DNA of 63,166 nt, counting the filler, from Perkinsus chesapeaki ATCC PRA-425 (Eukaryota > Protista > Perkinsozoa): assembly GCA_013115145.1 (NCBI GenBank). It is 5 parts of 5 records of this genome, joined end to end, with 100 filler letters (N's around TTAATTAATTAA, not from the genome) between each part and the next. Parts side by side here need not be neighbours in the genome. Positions count along the whole stretch, not along the records: positions 28,830 to 56,448 come from JAAPAO010000491.1; 4 more parts are not named here. The stretch is one strand, 5' to 3'. A program made the translations under genes and the position numbers. The notes under the pieces are model-generated. The model saw nothing but the letters and a program-made list of their open reading frames with translations, did not search any database and was not told the origin of the DNA. Within the stretch, counting starts at the first letter, position 1; each line of letters starts with the position of its first letter. Of the stretch, positions 38,748-52,067 are shown piece by piece.

Positions 38748-40980
38748 TTAACTTCTGGAACCAAACCCAGCTTTCTTCAGGTAGCTGACAGCTCGTAATG
38801 CATTAAGCTTCCAAAACCCAGAATCCCTCACAGGGCAAACTCTCCCCGGGATCTTCTCCAACTCTTTGGGAAAAGCAGCCCCTAACTGTAACCGACTAAG
38901 TGCATCCGCCCAGCAATTACTAGCTCCTGCGATATGTTGGAACTTCATATCTAGAACCTTACTCGATCTGGCACCGTCGTAAGCTAGCTCCATAGCAATT
39001 CTGTTAATAACCGCCGATTTTGACTTCATTTTCACGGCTGAACTTATCGCTACGACTGAATCCGACCGCACCAACACCGGTACATCGTCTGCCCACTGAT
39101 TCGACCATAATCGAGAGCCCACTAGTATAGCTAATAGCTCGAAGGCATTCTGGTAATGGGAAATATCTTTAGATCTATCAATACCAAGATACTGCACATC
39201 TAGATCCGATATAATATCCGCAAACCACTCTTTAGGGTGGTTATTCTCCACCAATACCCCACCAATTCCGCTCCAACAAGCATCCACTACCATGATTCTA
39301 ATACACGGATTGCGACCATTAGCCTTGAGTGGGAATCTCCTCACCAAATATCGGCCGTCACCGTCTCGAGCATCACTAATGAAGTCCATAATAACTTTTT
39401 GCAACCACCTGATAGCCCACTGACATGAACTGATAGTACTTGGCGCCATTCTTCTCAGCCGCCGCTACCGCCGCCCACATCGGTGCAACAAACGGAGCCA
39501 TCTGCTTGGCAACTTGGCTCATCCAAGTCAGCCGTCCGCACAAACTTCTCAACGCAGACACCCTTGTGACCTGCTTATCACCGATCCTTTCCATCATTTC
39601 CCTAACCTTCTCCAACTTTCCTACAGGAATATAGAATATGATAGCATCGTCGGATATTTCCACTTCTCTTCCTATCCACTTGACCCTTCTCCCGCACTAA
39701 CCTTTCCTAATCGAGAAAGGGGCACCAAGAGCCTCCCATAGCAGTAAAGGTAAACACGACACCTGCCTCCTGCGGACATCCCCCTTAACGTAAACGGAAA
39801 TCAGGGGGTCGTCCACGTAGGTGTTTATTCTGCCCTCTGTCCCATCCGGACTTAGGACCAGCTGCCCCATTCTCGCCAATAGTGCCGCCTCACGGCCCCA
39901 CACCAGAGGAGAGGATCTATACCCGAACTGCAATGAGTCATATAGGATGAAAGTGCGATTGAAATAACAGACGCCCCATTTTAATTCCTGCCTCGCAATA
40001 GGAATCAGCTTAAAGGCCGCACGAAAATCAATGACCACAAACATACCATTACATTTCTCGCCACTCCCTTCGACCATTTCCTTCCATCCATCCACTACAT
40101 CCGAAACCCTCGGCAGCTGCACCGCTTCTGGTGTATGTAAAATGCTGTTAACACCACTCTCAGATCCGTCAACTATCATTCTATATCGCATCATCCCTTC
40201 ACTGTCGGGGCCTTTCTCAGCTAAAGCCACCTTCGACACCACGAACGGCTCACCATTTAGCTCTTGTGATAGAGCCTCGAATGAGTCGAAAAAGCGGCAG
40301 AACCCTTCCTTCCTTTCTTCCTCGAAAAGCTTCATAGTAGCCTCCGGATTATCCTCTGCCGATGGGTAATTCACCATCATATCACTCGAACGAGCAAAGC
40401 GGACCTTCTTACCTGCCTCCGCGACGTCGACTTTCTCCTCCCCTGTTCTGGGGAAAACTCCACACGACACAATTGGTAGATCCGCACCGATAGGCGCCCC
40501 ATCGCCATTGATCCACCGGACCGCCTCCAAATCCCAATCATCACATTCAACGGCCAAACCCTGCACAAGCCTACCCCTTAACGGGGAATTGGCCATTGTC
40601 CACGACACTTCTCGATAGTCAATATTACACTCCTCAGCTAATATTTCCCGGGCCTTCTCTATGACCGACGGTGTAAACAGAGTACAGTAATCACCACCAA
40701 GTTTACTCAAAGCTTCCCTAACAGTATCTTTAGATAAGATAGACAAAAACCTCGACCTAATTCGACTGAAAAGGACGCGACCACGTGGCAGAAAACGAGA
40801 AGACTCATAGGCACTCCGCAAGCCGCCTAGGTACATATCATTGACAGCATCATCCACTTCAACATTCGGCTGCAGAATCAACTGACACCAGCTTTCATTC
40901 TCAGCTTCATTCGTCAAACTAGATGACGTCGTACTAGACCCAACCTCCTCGTCCTTACCGGCGCCGCGCCCTTCACCCAA
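38748..40980 (-). CDS. RT-RNase H (pol) of the YR retroelement, with one in-frame TAG (39697-39699) and one frameshift near 39440
   Basis: YRMIVD, IDFRAAFKLIP, LQFGYRSSP, YVDD, then VKWIG; RNase H VVDACWSGIGG, FELLAIL, RSDS and NCWADALSR. Confidence 0.92.
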
Positions 40981-41043
40981 TCACATGCCTCCCTCACGCT
41001 TACGGGAGACAGGTGAATTCTTTCCCACCTTAGTTGCTGCATC

Positions 41044-42265
41044 CTACATACAGTCGCGGTTACCTCGCGGCAACTCATGGTCTTTGCGACATCTCAGGCA
41101 CACGTGCTTGCGCTTATTAGGGCACACTTTATCGCTACAAGACCCATTCTGATAAGCATAACATATTTGGTCCCGAATGTCGGTGACACGGCGCCCTTTT
41201 CCCTTCGCTCCTCTTCCTTGACCCTCGTCTGGCACTCTCTTGTTCTTCTCCTTCTCTAATCTGATGCGGGTCACCACCCTATCGACATTGGCCGTCCAGT
41301 AATTACTATCACACGCCGCAATCGTAAAGGCTTGTCCCCATGTTGCTTGAGGACCCTCAGGCTTATAGCGACCCAAGTACATTGCCCTCATGGCATCATC
41401 AGCAAGATAAACCTCTGCCCAGTTCTCTCTGTACGTCAAGGCCAAACTCTCAATCATACTCTGATAGCGTTCCATCTCCGCTTGGGTAGCCACTCCTAGC
41501 ATCGTTAAGCACAATCTGAACGTCTTGAAGGCACTCTTCCACTCTTCCCAATTGGGAACCTTACTGGTCGACACCTGCGTCGGAACACCCAGTTCGTTAA
41601 GAACCCAAGGCTCCTGCTTGGCACTACGCAACCGCCTCCTTTGATGAGGTTGAAAGATGGCCAGGTCAGCATAAGGAATACATCCCTCCTGAACCTGGGT
41701 CTTCACCGCCGATATTTGCTCGCGAGAGGGCAACTCCATAGGGTCAACTGTCCCATACACTGCAGTGAAGCATGATATCAAATTGTCGTACTCGACAGCC
41801 GGCATCAGGGCGAACATGCTGTCATCTAACGTGTCCGCAAACAGGGACATACGAACCCTCTTCACAGCCGGTTCCCTTACAGAACTGCTTGCCTCCTCTC
41901 CGATCGCACCCAAAGCCTTCCCCTCCGTTGCGCTCGAAGCCTTCTCCGGAGCGGTCGGGACACCCTTGGTGCTCAGAGCTTGTTCCACATTCGGAACGGC
42001 ACATCTCATAAAGAACACTCACTCGCGATTTCTCAAATGCAAACTCGAGCTCATTCAGGCACCGTACCATGTCTCTGGGGTTAATAAAAGCCAAGTCGGA
42101 TACCGTAGCTATCCCGCCCCCAACGCCAGCCAACATCTCCACTACCTTATCCCATAAGGCGTCATCCACTTTAGCTACTAAGCGGTTCTCGGCAATGTCT
42201 ACGTCGCCCTTCAACCAATGCTCGATAAAAGAACCAAATTCGACAGACATTAATAAAATTGGCAC
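41044..42265 (-). CDS. Gag-like protein of the YR retroelement (two overlapping frames)
   Basis: C-terminal Cys/His knuckles CYAYQNGSCSDKVCPNKRKHVCLRCRKDH; the 147-aa upstream ORF lies in another frame. Confidence 0.75.
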
Positions 42266-42439
42266 GTTGGGTGCACGAACTTAATCAACTGAATACAACA
42301 CGTGAATCTGACGCCGTCTTATTACCATCTTCCCCCTCTGCGCCTGCCCTAGCGCCTGGGCCGCTTCGCTCGCCCTAACTGACACAATCCTTCTTGCGCT
42401 TCCCAGTTGTACTGCACAACACTTCGTGTTCTTTCAAAC

Positions 42440-44580
42440 AAATTGTTATTAACAATGGGCTTACTATGATGTTGACGAATGATGTATCAATGAATAACCA
42501 AGTAGAGAAAACTCTGTTTCCAGAAATGGTCTTGATGCGAAAGGGGCCGATCTAGGGTGGTGCTAATTTTGGAATACCACCGACTTGTTAGCTTGTTGGT
42601 TTAGCCAGAGTAGGTCAACAATCTCGAGTTCATCATTGCGGTACTTCTGGAGAATTTCAGCTCGATCACGTCGGCGTTGTGGGACTTGGTTGGGCTTGTT
42701 GTCAATGATGTCGTGTTGTAGCAAGTCTCGGAAGGGGCTTTAGTGAAATAGCAGATTGTGGGGGCAATGAGCTGTAGAAGGGTCGGTAGATATTGTAGCA
42801 GACGAGAAATCGTTACAAAACGAAATATTCTATTTCATTGGGGAGGGCTGTATCATACAGCCTGTATTTGGGTCTGCAGTGGGACTCGTGTAACACGAGC
42901 AATGTATGCCATCAACACGAGTCGTGTTGATGGCATACATTACACGATCGCAGAGGGTAGTCCACTTAGCAGTATTGTCAGTGTTATTTGCTTCACACCA
43001 ATCGACTGGAAAGAGTAGGTATTCAGATTGGATAGACTGTATATGATTGTTGAAGAGGGTTCAAGTGAAGATAGAACCTCTGTCTGTAAGTATTTTAGAC
43101 CAGCAGGATGACGATGGTTGTAGCGTTGGATTGTAGTGAGGGCATCAATAGCTTCTTGAGATGTAGGTGTTGATGTAGTCGGATAGATAATGACCGATGA
43201 AGAGTAGCTGTTCATGACAGTGATAGGCTATCACTGATAGCATAGTGAGGTTTGTCGTCAAAAGTATAAGGACCGATAGCATCCATGTAGATAATGGACC
43301 ATGCTTGTGAACTACTCGTTGCTTGGAGTATAGTAGATGGTGGGGATTTTAGTGATCGGTCTTGAGGATAATTGATTGTAGCTTGGCATGTATGACATTG
43401 CTTGGTGAGTTTGTTGATCTCATCGGCGACGTTGGGCCATGATATGTTGAATGCACGAACACGCTTGTTGACAGTTGTAGCACCTTCATGTCCGTAGTCA
43501 TGATGTAGTATTTGTTGTCGTTCAATTTTACTGACAGTAGCACCTGGTCGCAGAATTTGAAGCAGTGATGTATCAAGAGGTGGGCAAGTAGTAGTTGGTA
43601 AGGATAGGGGGGGTGCCACCCCGGGGTGGTAGTTGAGTTAGTTTTTGGATGTTTAGCACTCGGCTAAGCAGTTTCTTCTGTGGGTCGTTTGATAGCCATT
43701 AATGGTAGGGTGGGATTAGTGGTAGTAAGCGGGAAGTTAATATCATTATAGTGGTCGTGGTTAGTGAGAATAGCTAGTAGAGGATGGCGGGTATAGACAT
43801 CGGCTCTGTTGATCGGGCCAGTGCAGTGCAGAATAGTGAATCTTTCTAAATTGTCATCAGTTGTGTCTTGTAGATAGTGTAGAGTCTTGAGCAAATAGAT
43901 AGTTTGTTTTCCATGAACTGAAGATACACGTTGGTTTATCACAATAGATTGAGCAGCCGTGTTGTCAGTGTAGATGGTGACGTGCTTCAAGTGTACTCGG
44001 CGGTCAGTTTCAATGCGGCGAATAGTCTCGATGGCAAAGGCGATACCATGAAGTTCTTTAGTGTTTGTGTGGTAAAGGTCTTTGGCTCGAGGTGATAGGA
44101 CTTGTTGTCGGAGTAAGACGGGTTGATCTTTTTGGTAGGCTACTAGAGCAATGCAGTAGGCTGATGCCTCTGTATAAATCTTGATGGGGATGTCGACGTC
44201 AATATGGCGTTGTAGGACAGGTAGTTCGGAGTTAGAGCAGAGTTCGAGAAAGTACTTGATGAGAGCGATGAGAGATTTGTCAGCAGGCGCATCCCAGTGA
44301 GTATTATTGGCAGCGACAGCAATTCGGGACTGTGATACATTTTTACAAGGCTCAACAAAGGGTGGTAGTGGTGGCAAGTCGGGTTGATGACTCATCAATG
44401 ATGAGTTATAAGGGCGACCACAGAGAGTAGGTGTCGTAGAGTAGGTTCTGGAGGTAGTGTTGTGTTGAGCAGTTTTCGCCATCTGTCGTAAGAGTAAGAG
44501 ATGCATTTATCGCCATCGGATACTGTAACTCCATAGAATGTAGCTTCGTCTTCGTCGGCAGTCAAGGGTAGAGTCCACCC
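42440..44580 (-). mobile_element. Degenerate LTR retrotransposon pol (RT thumb remnant, RNase H, integrase)
   Basis: IYTEASAY / KELHGI / IYTDN / NRADVYTR RNase H, then HHDYGH...CHTC zinc finger and WSIIYMDAIGP integrase core; RH-then-IN order as in Ty3/gypsy or BEL; stops and frameshifts. Confidence 0.85.
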
Positions 44581-44871
44581 GGTAGACCTTGGGGTGCAGT
44601 ATACTGGTTGAGGTCGAAGAAGTCGTCTTGGCGTTTTGCTAGTTGTGCTACGTCATCTACACCGCGCGTCAAATTCTTATCTTCAAAATTCTTCTTCAAA
44701 ATAAGTATATCCTCCAAGTTTCAGAGCCAAACTCCTTATCAGTAGTGAGTAATTGAAAAATTTGTGCAAAATCGGTGCGACACATTCTTAAAAGAAGCCA
44801 CAGCTAAAAAATGCACGCAAAATTCATGTTTTTGTTAGGGGAGTATATTAACGCAGTTAATTCAGACCTAG

Positions 44872-46950
44872 TCACATACACCATTGGAAAGCTATTCCTT
44901 TCTTCACTATATGACATGAGTTTGGAACTGCGCAACACCTCAAAACAGCAGGCATCATTTTGCTCAATTGCGCCGCGTTGAAGTTACACAACAGAGGCTT
45001 TATGAATGGGCACACTTGAGCACACCACTGTAGACGGCCTGTTAATTGCTGTAAGCTACGCAGCGATATTCCTTTAATTTTAATAGCAGTAACCATCTTC
45101 AGTTGTTCCATTACTAGATCTAACTTGGGTTTTGGTATTGATATCGATACATTAGAGTCGGCTTTGCTATTAACCATAAAACCTAAGACTCTGACCGAAA
45201 CGTTTCCCTCGTGGTATACCGCCACTTTGGGCCATACAATCTTTCCTCCAACCAAAGACCACAAAACCATAATACAAGCCATAGCCAGATCGATAGTTTC
45301 CCGCTCCAGAACATGCTGCATTAATATCATCAATATACGTGAAGGAGCCTAGACCCATACATATACCACCTTTTCACTTGTAGAAAGACTTTTATATCTG
45401 TGAAAGAGGGCAGAGGCCAGTTCTCCGTCTGTTTCAGTTTTTTATTAAGACCACTCCTGTGATCTTCAATTAATGTAAGTTAGATTAATTGAAGATAGAT
45501 TATCTAACCGTAGACTTCCCGTTTTTTAATTTCGGGATAGCGCCAATCTTACATCTGTGGAGGATAGTATCATAAGGAACCTCTTCCAGGAATCCCTGTG
45601 CCAATCACCTCTGAAACCAAATGACTGACCGCCGGATCTTCTGCGGATCTATAGTTGCCCTCAGACCAGATCAAATTCACCGGTTCTTCCTCGTGGTGGT
45701 GAGGAATAAACGCTGGTAATAGACCGATCGGCGATATGCTACACCTCAGACCAGTGTTTACACCCATATTTATATACTGGAACAGATCTACGTCCACATC
45801 TCTGATTTCCTTGGTTAACGCCTGAACCACAAAAGGGCGAATATAGCCTCCTACCATGGAGGTTGAAGTGTTTACACCGGATGATTCCCATAGATGCAAT
45901 ATATCACTAGTAATCTCACTGACCTGAGTCTCCACGTGAGCTTGTGGTAAGTTTGATAGACTACCGTTAACCGTCCGAAGGAGGCTCGGCAAGGGTGAAT
46001 TGATAACACATGTTAGTAACATCAATAATAGGGGATAACCAGTCGCTCGGGTCGGGACGGTAAACGAGCATCAAAACCCTAACCATCATGATAGTTGCTC
46101 TTAATCTGATGCAGCTTCTCACTTAGTAACTCCTGAGACCCCAAAACGACTCCTTTAACATGAGCCAGTATCCAGTTTGGGTCACTTGGCAGTTTACTAG
46201 TTAGATTAGTTTCTTGTATTCCACGAGGTACTCGTGATTTGGGATAGCTCATTTATAATGATCAAACCAGGGAAGTAAACTACAGACATAAACTGTATAT
46301 TTCAAATGACAGGGACGCGTGGTCGCTGCATTAAGTCCATATATCAATATTCATGGCTAAGCTTTAGAACACGAGGTTCTTAATTTTTAACAGATAAGAG
46401 GTAAACTGACGATAAGACTCCCTATAGTCTAGTACACAGTTCCTCACAGACCGCCGCTCACATGTAGCGGTCTTGAGTGTAACTGACACAAATTACTTCA
46501 ACAGATTTGACCCCCACATCATTTGGGTTACCTGAGTTAACTCGACTGTTACAGACCGACATTGCCCAGTACAGGATTTGAGCCCCGCCGACTCGTCACA
46601 CTATCGACCACACATGCCTCTGTGCTGAAGACTCGGTGATACGCACGTCTGAATAGATTGGATTATTTCTCAACCGCCTAAGCGTTTTGAGATCCATTTT
46701 CAGGCTTGGTAGATTTTGCCTCCTTAGCTGGAGGGGCCTCACAACTATCCTTCCTGTTGAAGTCGTGAGAATAATGGCAAGCCTCTCCTAACTTGCAGCT
46801 CCCACCAAACTTAAGAGCATAACATATCTTGCGCTTCATATTGGATACATTGCGTATTATATCATATTACATCCGCCGACATACGTTTACGTGTCCACTG
46901 GGGAATCTTCCAGCTGTTTCAACAGCGACAGTTTGCGTCTACAAATTGAT
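44872..46950 (-). mobile_element. Second, degraded YR-type retroelement (CCCH gag finger and RT remnants)
   Basis: CYALKFGGSCKLGEACHYSH at ~46760-46840; GNYRSA, YIDD and LQQLTGRLQWCAQV fragments in shifted frames. Confidence 0.75.
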
Positions 46951-47039
46951 CCGAGTGAGTAATTAATTGTGTGACAGATAAACAGATATACAGTCTACTC
47001 CAATCATTGAATAGTACCGTCATGGAATGCAATCTTCAT

Positions 47040-47560
47040 CCGATTCCACGATGAAACACTTCGTTTTGTGGTTGATTCTCTGTCTATTTATTCTGCTTTG
47101 CAATCCAATGATCCGTATAGTATGAGTCCGGATATTATTCCCTTATGGCTTTTACTATCCAGTTTATCACACCCCGTATGCTGTTGTGAGTTTGTGTGGA
47201 CTAGTTCCCATTTTGGGATTACACGCAATGATTTTGTTGATGAATTGGCAAAGCGTGGAAGTTCGACGGTGGAACTATCTTGGATCAACATGAATGCCAT
47301 TTGTTCCCTTCTGTTGTTAAATCATATGTTAATCATGATCGTGTTCATATTACGAACTTCGTAAGCCTGTGATTGACATGCCAGACATTTTGCCAGGTTT
47401 AGACAATCATGTGACTTTACCAATGCGATATATTCATTCGGATATTAACCAGATAATAGCTGCTCGTCATTGGTCTGTCCGTCGTGATTATTTATTCAAA
47501 ATAATAGGGAAAGTAGACATTCCCTTGTGTACTCTATGCATGTTGCTGGCGCGCGCGCTC
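47040..47560 (+). mobile_element. Non-LTR (LINE) RNase H / 3' remnant
   Basis: VDSLSIYSAL...WTSSHFGITRNDFVDELAK matches LINE RNase H; a CTLC zinc motif follows. Confidence 0.7.
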
Positions 47561-48431
47561 CATCCTTAAATGATGTCACGTCACCCCCCATCAGTCCGTT
47601 CATTGCATCCATTGCAATCTTATCCATATTCCGCCACATGTCAAGTTCGTCAATTGGGGATTTCGCCGGCGATGCCGACGACAATGCACTAATCCTAATA
47701 ATGATATAATCGATGAAATTGAGCATAGACTTATGCCGAAGATGCGAGAATACCCGAATTCAATGTTTTGCTTAGTCCCCTATTATGGCAGACTATAAAG
47801 ACGACTTTATTCGAAGTAATATTAGTAGTGTCGCGCGGTTTGTTGCTTTAGCGAGAAAAAGGTAATTACTACTATTATCCACGGCCTGGTGCACTCGCTT
47901 GGATGGTTAATGGACCGTAAAAAATCTAAATGCTAACTTACCAATAGTTTACATAACTCAGTACTATATAAATCACATTCATCATATAACATAACATTCT
48001 TGTTCTTGTTCTTGTTCTTGTTCTTGTTATTGTTCCATTAACCTTCTTACTCTATTACTTTTACTTGAATATAATATTAAACGATGCGGAGGAGAAGGAG
48101 GAGATTGTAGTATTACTATTCTGAAGTATATAATTATTATTATCATAACTTCTCATTTCTGTTAGTAATTTATTACTCATTTTCATTGAATGTACTGTTA
48201 TTCTATTATTCATTACAAATGATACCACAGTCCATTAACATAAGTGCTTACGTTTTAACAACAGCAATACTGTATTTACGGCAACATTTAAATAGTGTGG
48301 CAATGTAATGAGTCTCATCATCATATTAATTGATATTAACTATAATTATTATTGACAACAATAACAATGACATTATAAATAATTATTATTTGATAATATT
48401 ATAATAGTAACATGAAAAATATTATACATAG

Positions 48432-50933
48432 CTATACTTCTTCTTCTTGTTCTTCTTCTTCGCCCTTTTGTATATTATTATTGTTATTCCTCCATGATGT
48501 CTTCCCATCTCTTACTGTTGTTGTTGTTTTGTTATTAACTACTTTATTAACAATAACATTATTTGGTATAATATTCTTGAATGATACTTGAGATATATCA
48601 CTAACTACATCACGTACCTAATAATACATATAACTAGTATTATATAATAATATTTATTATTACAGAGTGTTGCAAAGCTCTACTTATACCATGTCTATTA
48701 TTATCAATCACAATCCGGGACAACAGTAATGATGATGATGATGATGAGGAACATGTTGTTGTTGTTGTTGTTGTTGTTGTTGAATGTGTTATATCCTCAT
48801 CATTACACTGCTGCTGTGCTGCTGCTGCTGCTTCTCCTTGGCGATTGTCTATCTCGTCCATATCTTTATAAGGTTCAACAGTGAATGCAACTCTATGTAA
48901 TATTGATGCTATTAACATTTCTATGCATATTAATGTATTTTGTAGTGATGTTTTAACATTAATACTATTATAACTCCAATTTGGTATATCAGATAATAAT
49001 CCAAATTCAACAAGGATATTGAGTATAACAGATTGCCAGAAACTAACAAAAACAATAACAATAATATTATTATTAATATTACTACCTGGCAAATAGTATA
49101 GCTTTGATGCATAAGAACTTTGGTACTGGTTTGTATGGTTCAAGTGATTTCTTAGTCGCTATATAAAACATTATCAACCAATATCTGAGTATCATAATAA
49201 TGATACTACTTTATTATTACAATCCTTACAGTGATATTGATATACTAATATTAACACATATACAAATATATATATAACCATTAATTAATGAGAAGTTACC
49301 CTCCTAATAATATAATGCTATAATAATACTACTTTATTATTATTATTACTTCATATAAGCCTATATTATGTAATAGTAATGCTATAATTGTTGTTAATGG
49401 TTTAACTATTAGAAACTGTAATACCTAACAACAACAACTATCGACAATAATAATAATACACTATTATTACAAATGTTTTACATGATATTAGAAACTCTTT
49501 AGGTGTTCTTGGATACCATAAATTAATATTATATTCATTTCTATTACTAATCATTATTTCTCGACCACCACCATCACCATCATTCCCTGTCGTTATTATT
49601 ATTATATTATTATCCCCCCCATCATCCATCATTGGTATATTTAAGGATGATGATGATGATGATGTATTATTATTATTATTAATGTTATTATCATTTATAA
49701 TTATATCACTCCTTGTGTTCCTTAATGATATTGGTGGTATAGTGTATAANNNNNNNNNNNNNNNNNNNNNNNNNNNNNNNNNNNNNNNNNNNNNNNNNNN
49801 NNNNNNNNNNNNNNNNNNNNNNNNNNNNNNNNNNNNNNNNNNNNNNNNATCATTTATAATTATATCACTCCTTGTGTTCCTTAATGATATTGGTGGTATA
49901 GTGTATAAATCAAGTGCCTTAATATTATTATTATTATTACTAATAATATCATCATCATCATACATCATCACATCCTCGCCATCACCATTATATCCTAATA
50001 TATTACTACTTCTTATTCTTATTATTCTTCTTGATGATGTTGTTGTTGATGATGATGTTACTAATAATATAGTACGATTAATAGGTTTCATAAAATATGA
50101 TATTGGAGGTAAATGACGTATATATGCTTTATCTTCTAATACTTTTATTATCTTGTTATGATCTAATAAATAGGCATTATCATCGATATTGGTTATATAA
50201 CAATATGTTAATGAAAAGAACGTATATATAACGAACCTATAATAATAGTAATAACTACTACTATGTTAATACTAATATTAATTATTATTATTACGATTCA
50301 TAAGTATCTCTTATCATATCAAGATACATACTATGATTTATAAACCTAATAATAATTAACAATTAATAATGATAATGATGATATTGTTATGATTAATTAT
50401 TATAATAATAATTTTACAATAGACTTAACCATGATGTAGTTGCATATACTGGTACCATTAATAATATACCAATGATTTTATGTTGTATTATTGGTTTACT
50501 AAATATTATCAATAATATACAACCTTATTATTATCATCAATATTATTATTATTACGTTAAATATGTAAGATGCTCTTTTATACCTATCACTGATATTAAT
50601 ATTGATGTAAATGCAAATATAAATGATATAAACCATAATGTATATAAATAATAAGTAGATGAAGATGATGACGATGATGAAGATGATGATGTTATCATAA
50701 TTAATAATATTACTAATTATTGGGCCCTCATTTTTCATGCACCACCACCCTGTATCATCATAATACATACCGATATGGTAGTAGCAACAGTCACAGCAGG
50801 AAGAGCAGGAAGAGCAGGAAGAGCAGGAACAACAAAATAATATCAACGGGCTCAAGATCATTAATATATTCGTTTGTTCAAAAATTGATAATACTGATAA
50901 TACAATATTATTATTAATAATAGTATAATACAA
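48432..50933 (-). CDS. TMEM184/OST-alpha family transporter, AT-rich, multi-exon
   Basis: YLDMIRDTYES, FVIYTFFSL, PRTPKEFLISCK and FVSFWQSV...LQNTLICIEMLIASILHRVAF; start approximate. Confidence 0.85.
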
Positions 50934-51149
50934 AATTATTGTGTTTTATTATTATTATTATTATTATTTGTTGTTGTTGTTGTTGAGCTGCTGCTGCTGC
51001 TGCTGCTGCTTGTTCATCAATAATGCATTATATTTAATTCTAATATTCATCACATCTCTTCTACATTCCTACATTGATGATGTTGATGATGTTGATGATA
51101 TAATTAATATATATTATTATTACTACTTGTAATTGTAATCTCATATTTA

Positions 51150-51780
51150 TATTATCTTCTTTTAATATTTTAATCTCTTCCCATTCATTATCATTTATTA
51201 TCCTATTATTATTTACTATCCATTCTTCTTTCCTATTATATTAATAGTATTATAATACTACTATAACTATAATAATAATTATCATTATTACTCTCTTCTT
51301 TCTTTAAGCTCTTCTCTTACTTTATATATTTCATCTAATAATACTTTATTAATATTTTTATATTTATTTAATTCCTTTTCAAATACTTTAATTTTATTAT
51401 CACCACACGCTACCTGCTATTATTATTATCATCAATAAATAATAATAATACTACTATTATTATTACTTGATATTCCAATAATCCTATATCTTTATTATTA
51501 TTATCATAACTATTATAAATTCTTCTTCTCGTTGCCTCCTCTTCCCCTTCTTCTTCTTCTTGTTGTCCTATTATTACTGCCTCTCTTTCCTTTTTTATTA
51601 TAAACGATATACTAGGATCATATAATATACCAGCATAGCTAGTACTACTACTAATACTATAATTATCGTAATAATAATAATAATAACCATTATTATTATC
51701 ATCTTCCGCATTATCATCATCTATTACTTTAATTCTGCTCCTTACTGCTGTGGGTGATGTTGATGATGTATCCATTATTA
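51150..51780 (-). CDS. Hypothetical AT-rich protein
   Basis: Charged, low-complexity exons between TMEM184 and IBA57; family not recognised. Confidence 0.3.
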
Positions 51781-52067
51781 TTATTAATCATATTACCATC
51801 ATTATAATATAACAACTAGAGACAATATAATAATTATACAGAAAAGTATATGATAATAACAATGGTACAATAATATTTAATAATGCTAGTAGTAAAGTAG
51901 TTAGTATATCAATAATTATAAACATATGATGGTANNNNNNNNNNNNNNNNNNNNNNNNNNNNNNNNNNNNNNNNNNNNNNNNNNNNNNNNNNNNNNNNNN
52001 NNNNNNNNNNNNNNNNNNNNNNNNNNNNNNNATATTTAATAATGCTAGTAGTAAAGTAGTTAGTATA

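Larger units (their letters stand above)
36790..42420 (-). mobile_element. Tyrosine-recombinase (DIRS/Ngaro-order) retrotransposon, near full length, recently damaged
   Basis: ORF order gag, RT, RNase H, spacer, YR; termini approximate; no ITR or split direct repeat identified. Confidence 0.9.

Noticed and set aside
39660-39700. 30-nt GT-AG intron that would remove the RT TAG
   Set aside because: It would delete the conserved VKWIG motif; a nonsense mutation is simpler.
37155-41046. Nuclear stop-codon reassignment (TAG as sense)
   Set aside because: Host genes such as the TBP-like gene and TMEM184 end in TAG at expected positions, and no in-frame TAG was needed in the host exons examined.
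46560-46610. B-box-like GGGCTCAAATCC on the minus strand with nearby hairpins
   Set aside because: No A box or cloverleaf at the proper spacing; lies within decayed transposon sequence.
49700-49900. Duplicated sequence on both sides of N gaps (also 51870-52100)
   Set aside because: Probably unmerged contig overlaps or collapsed repeats; cannot be treated as real duplications.
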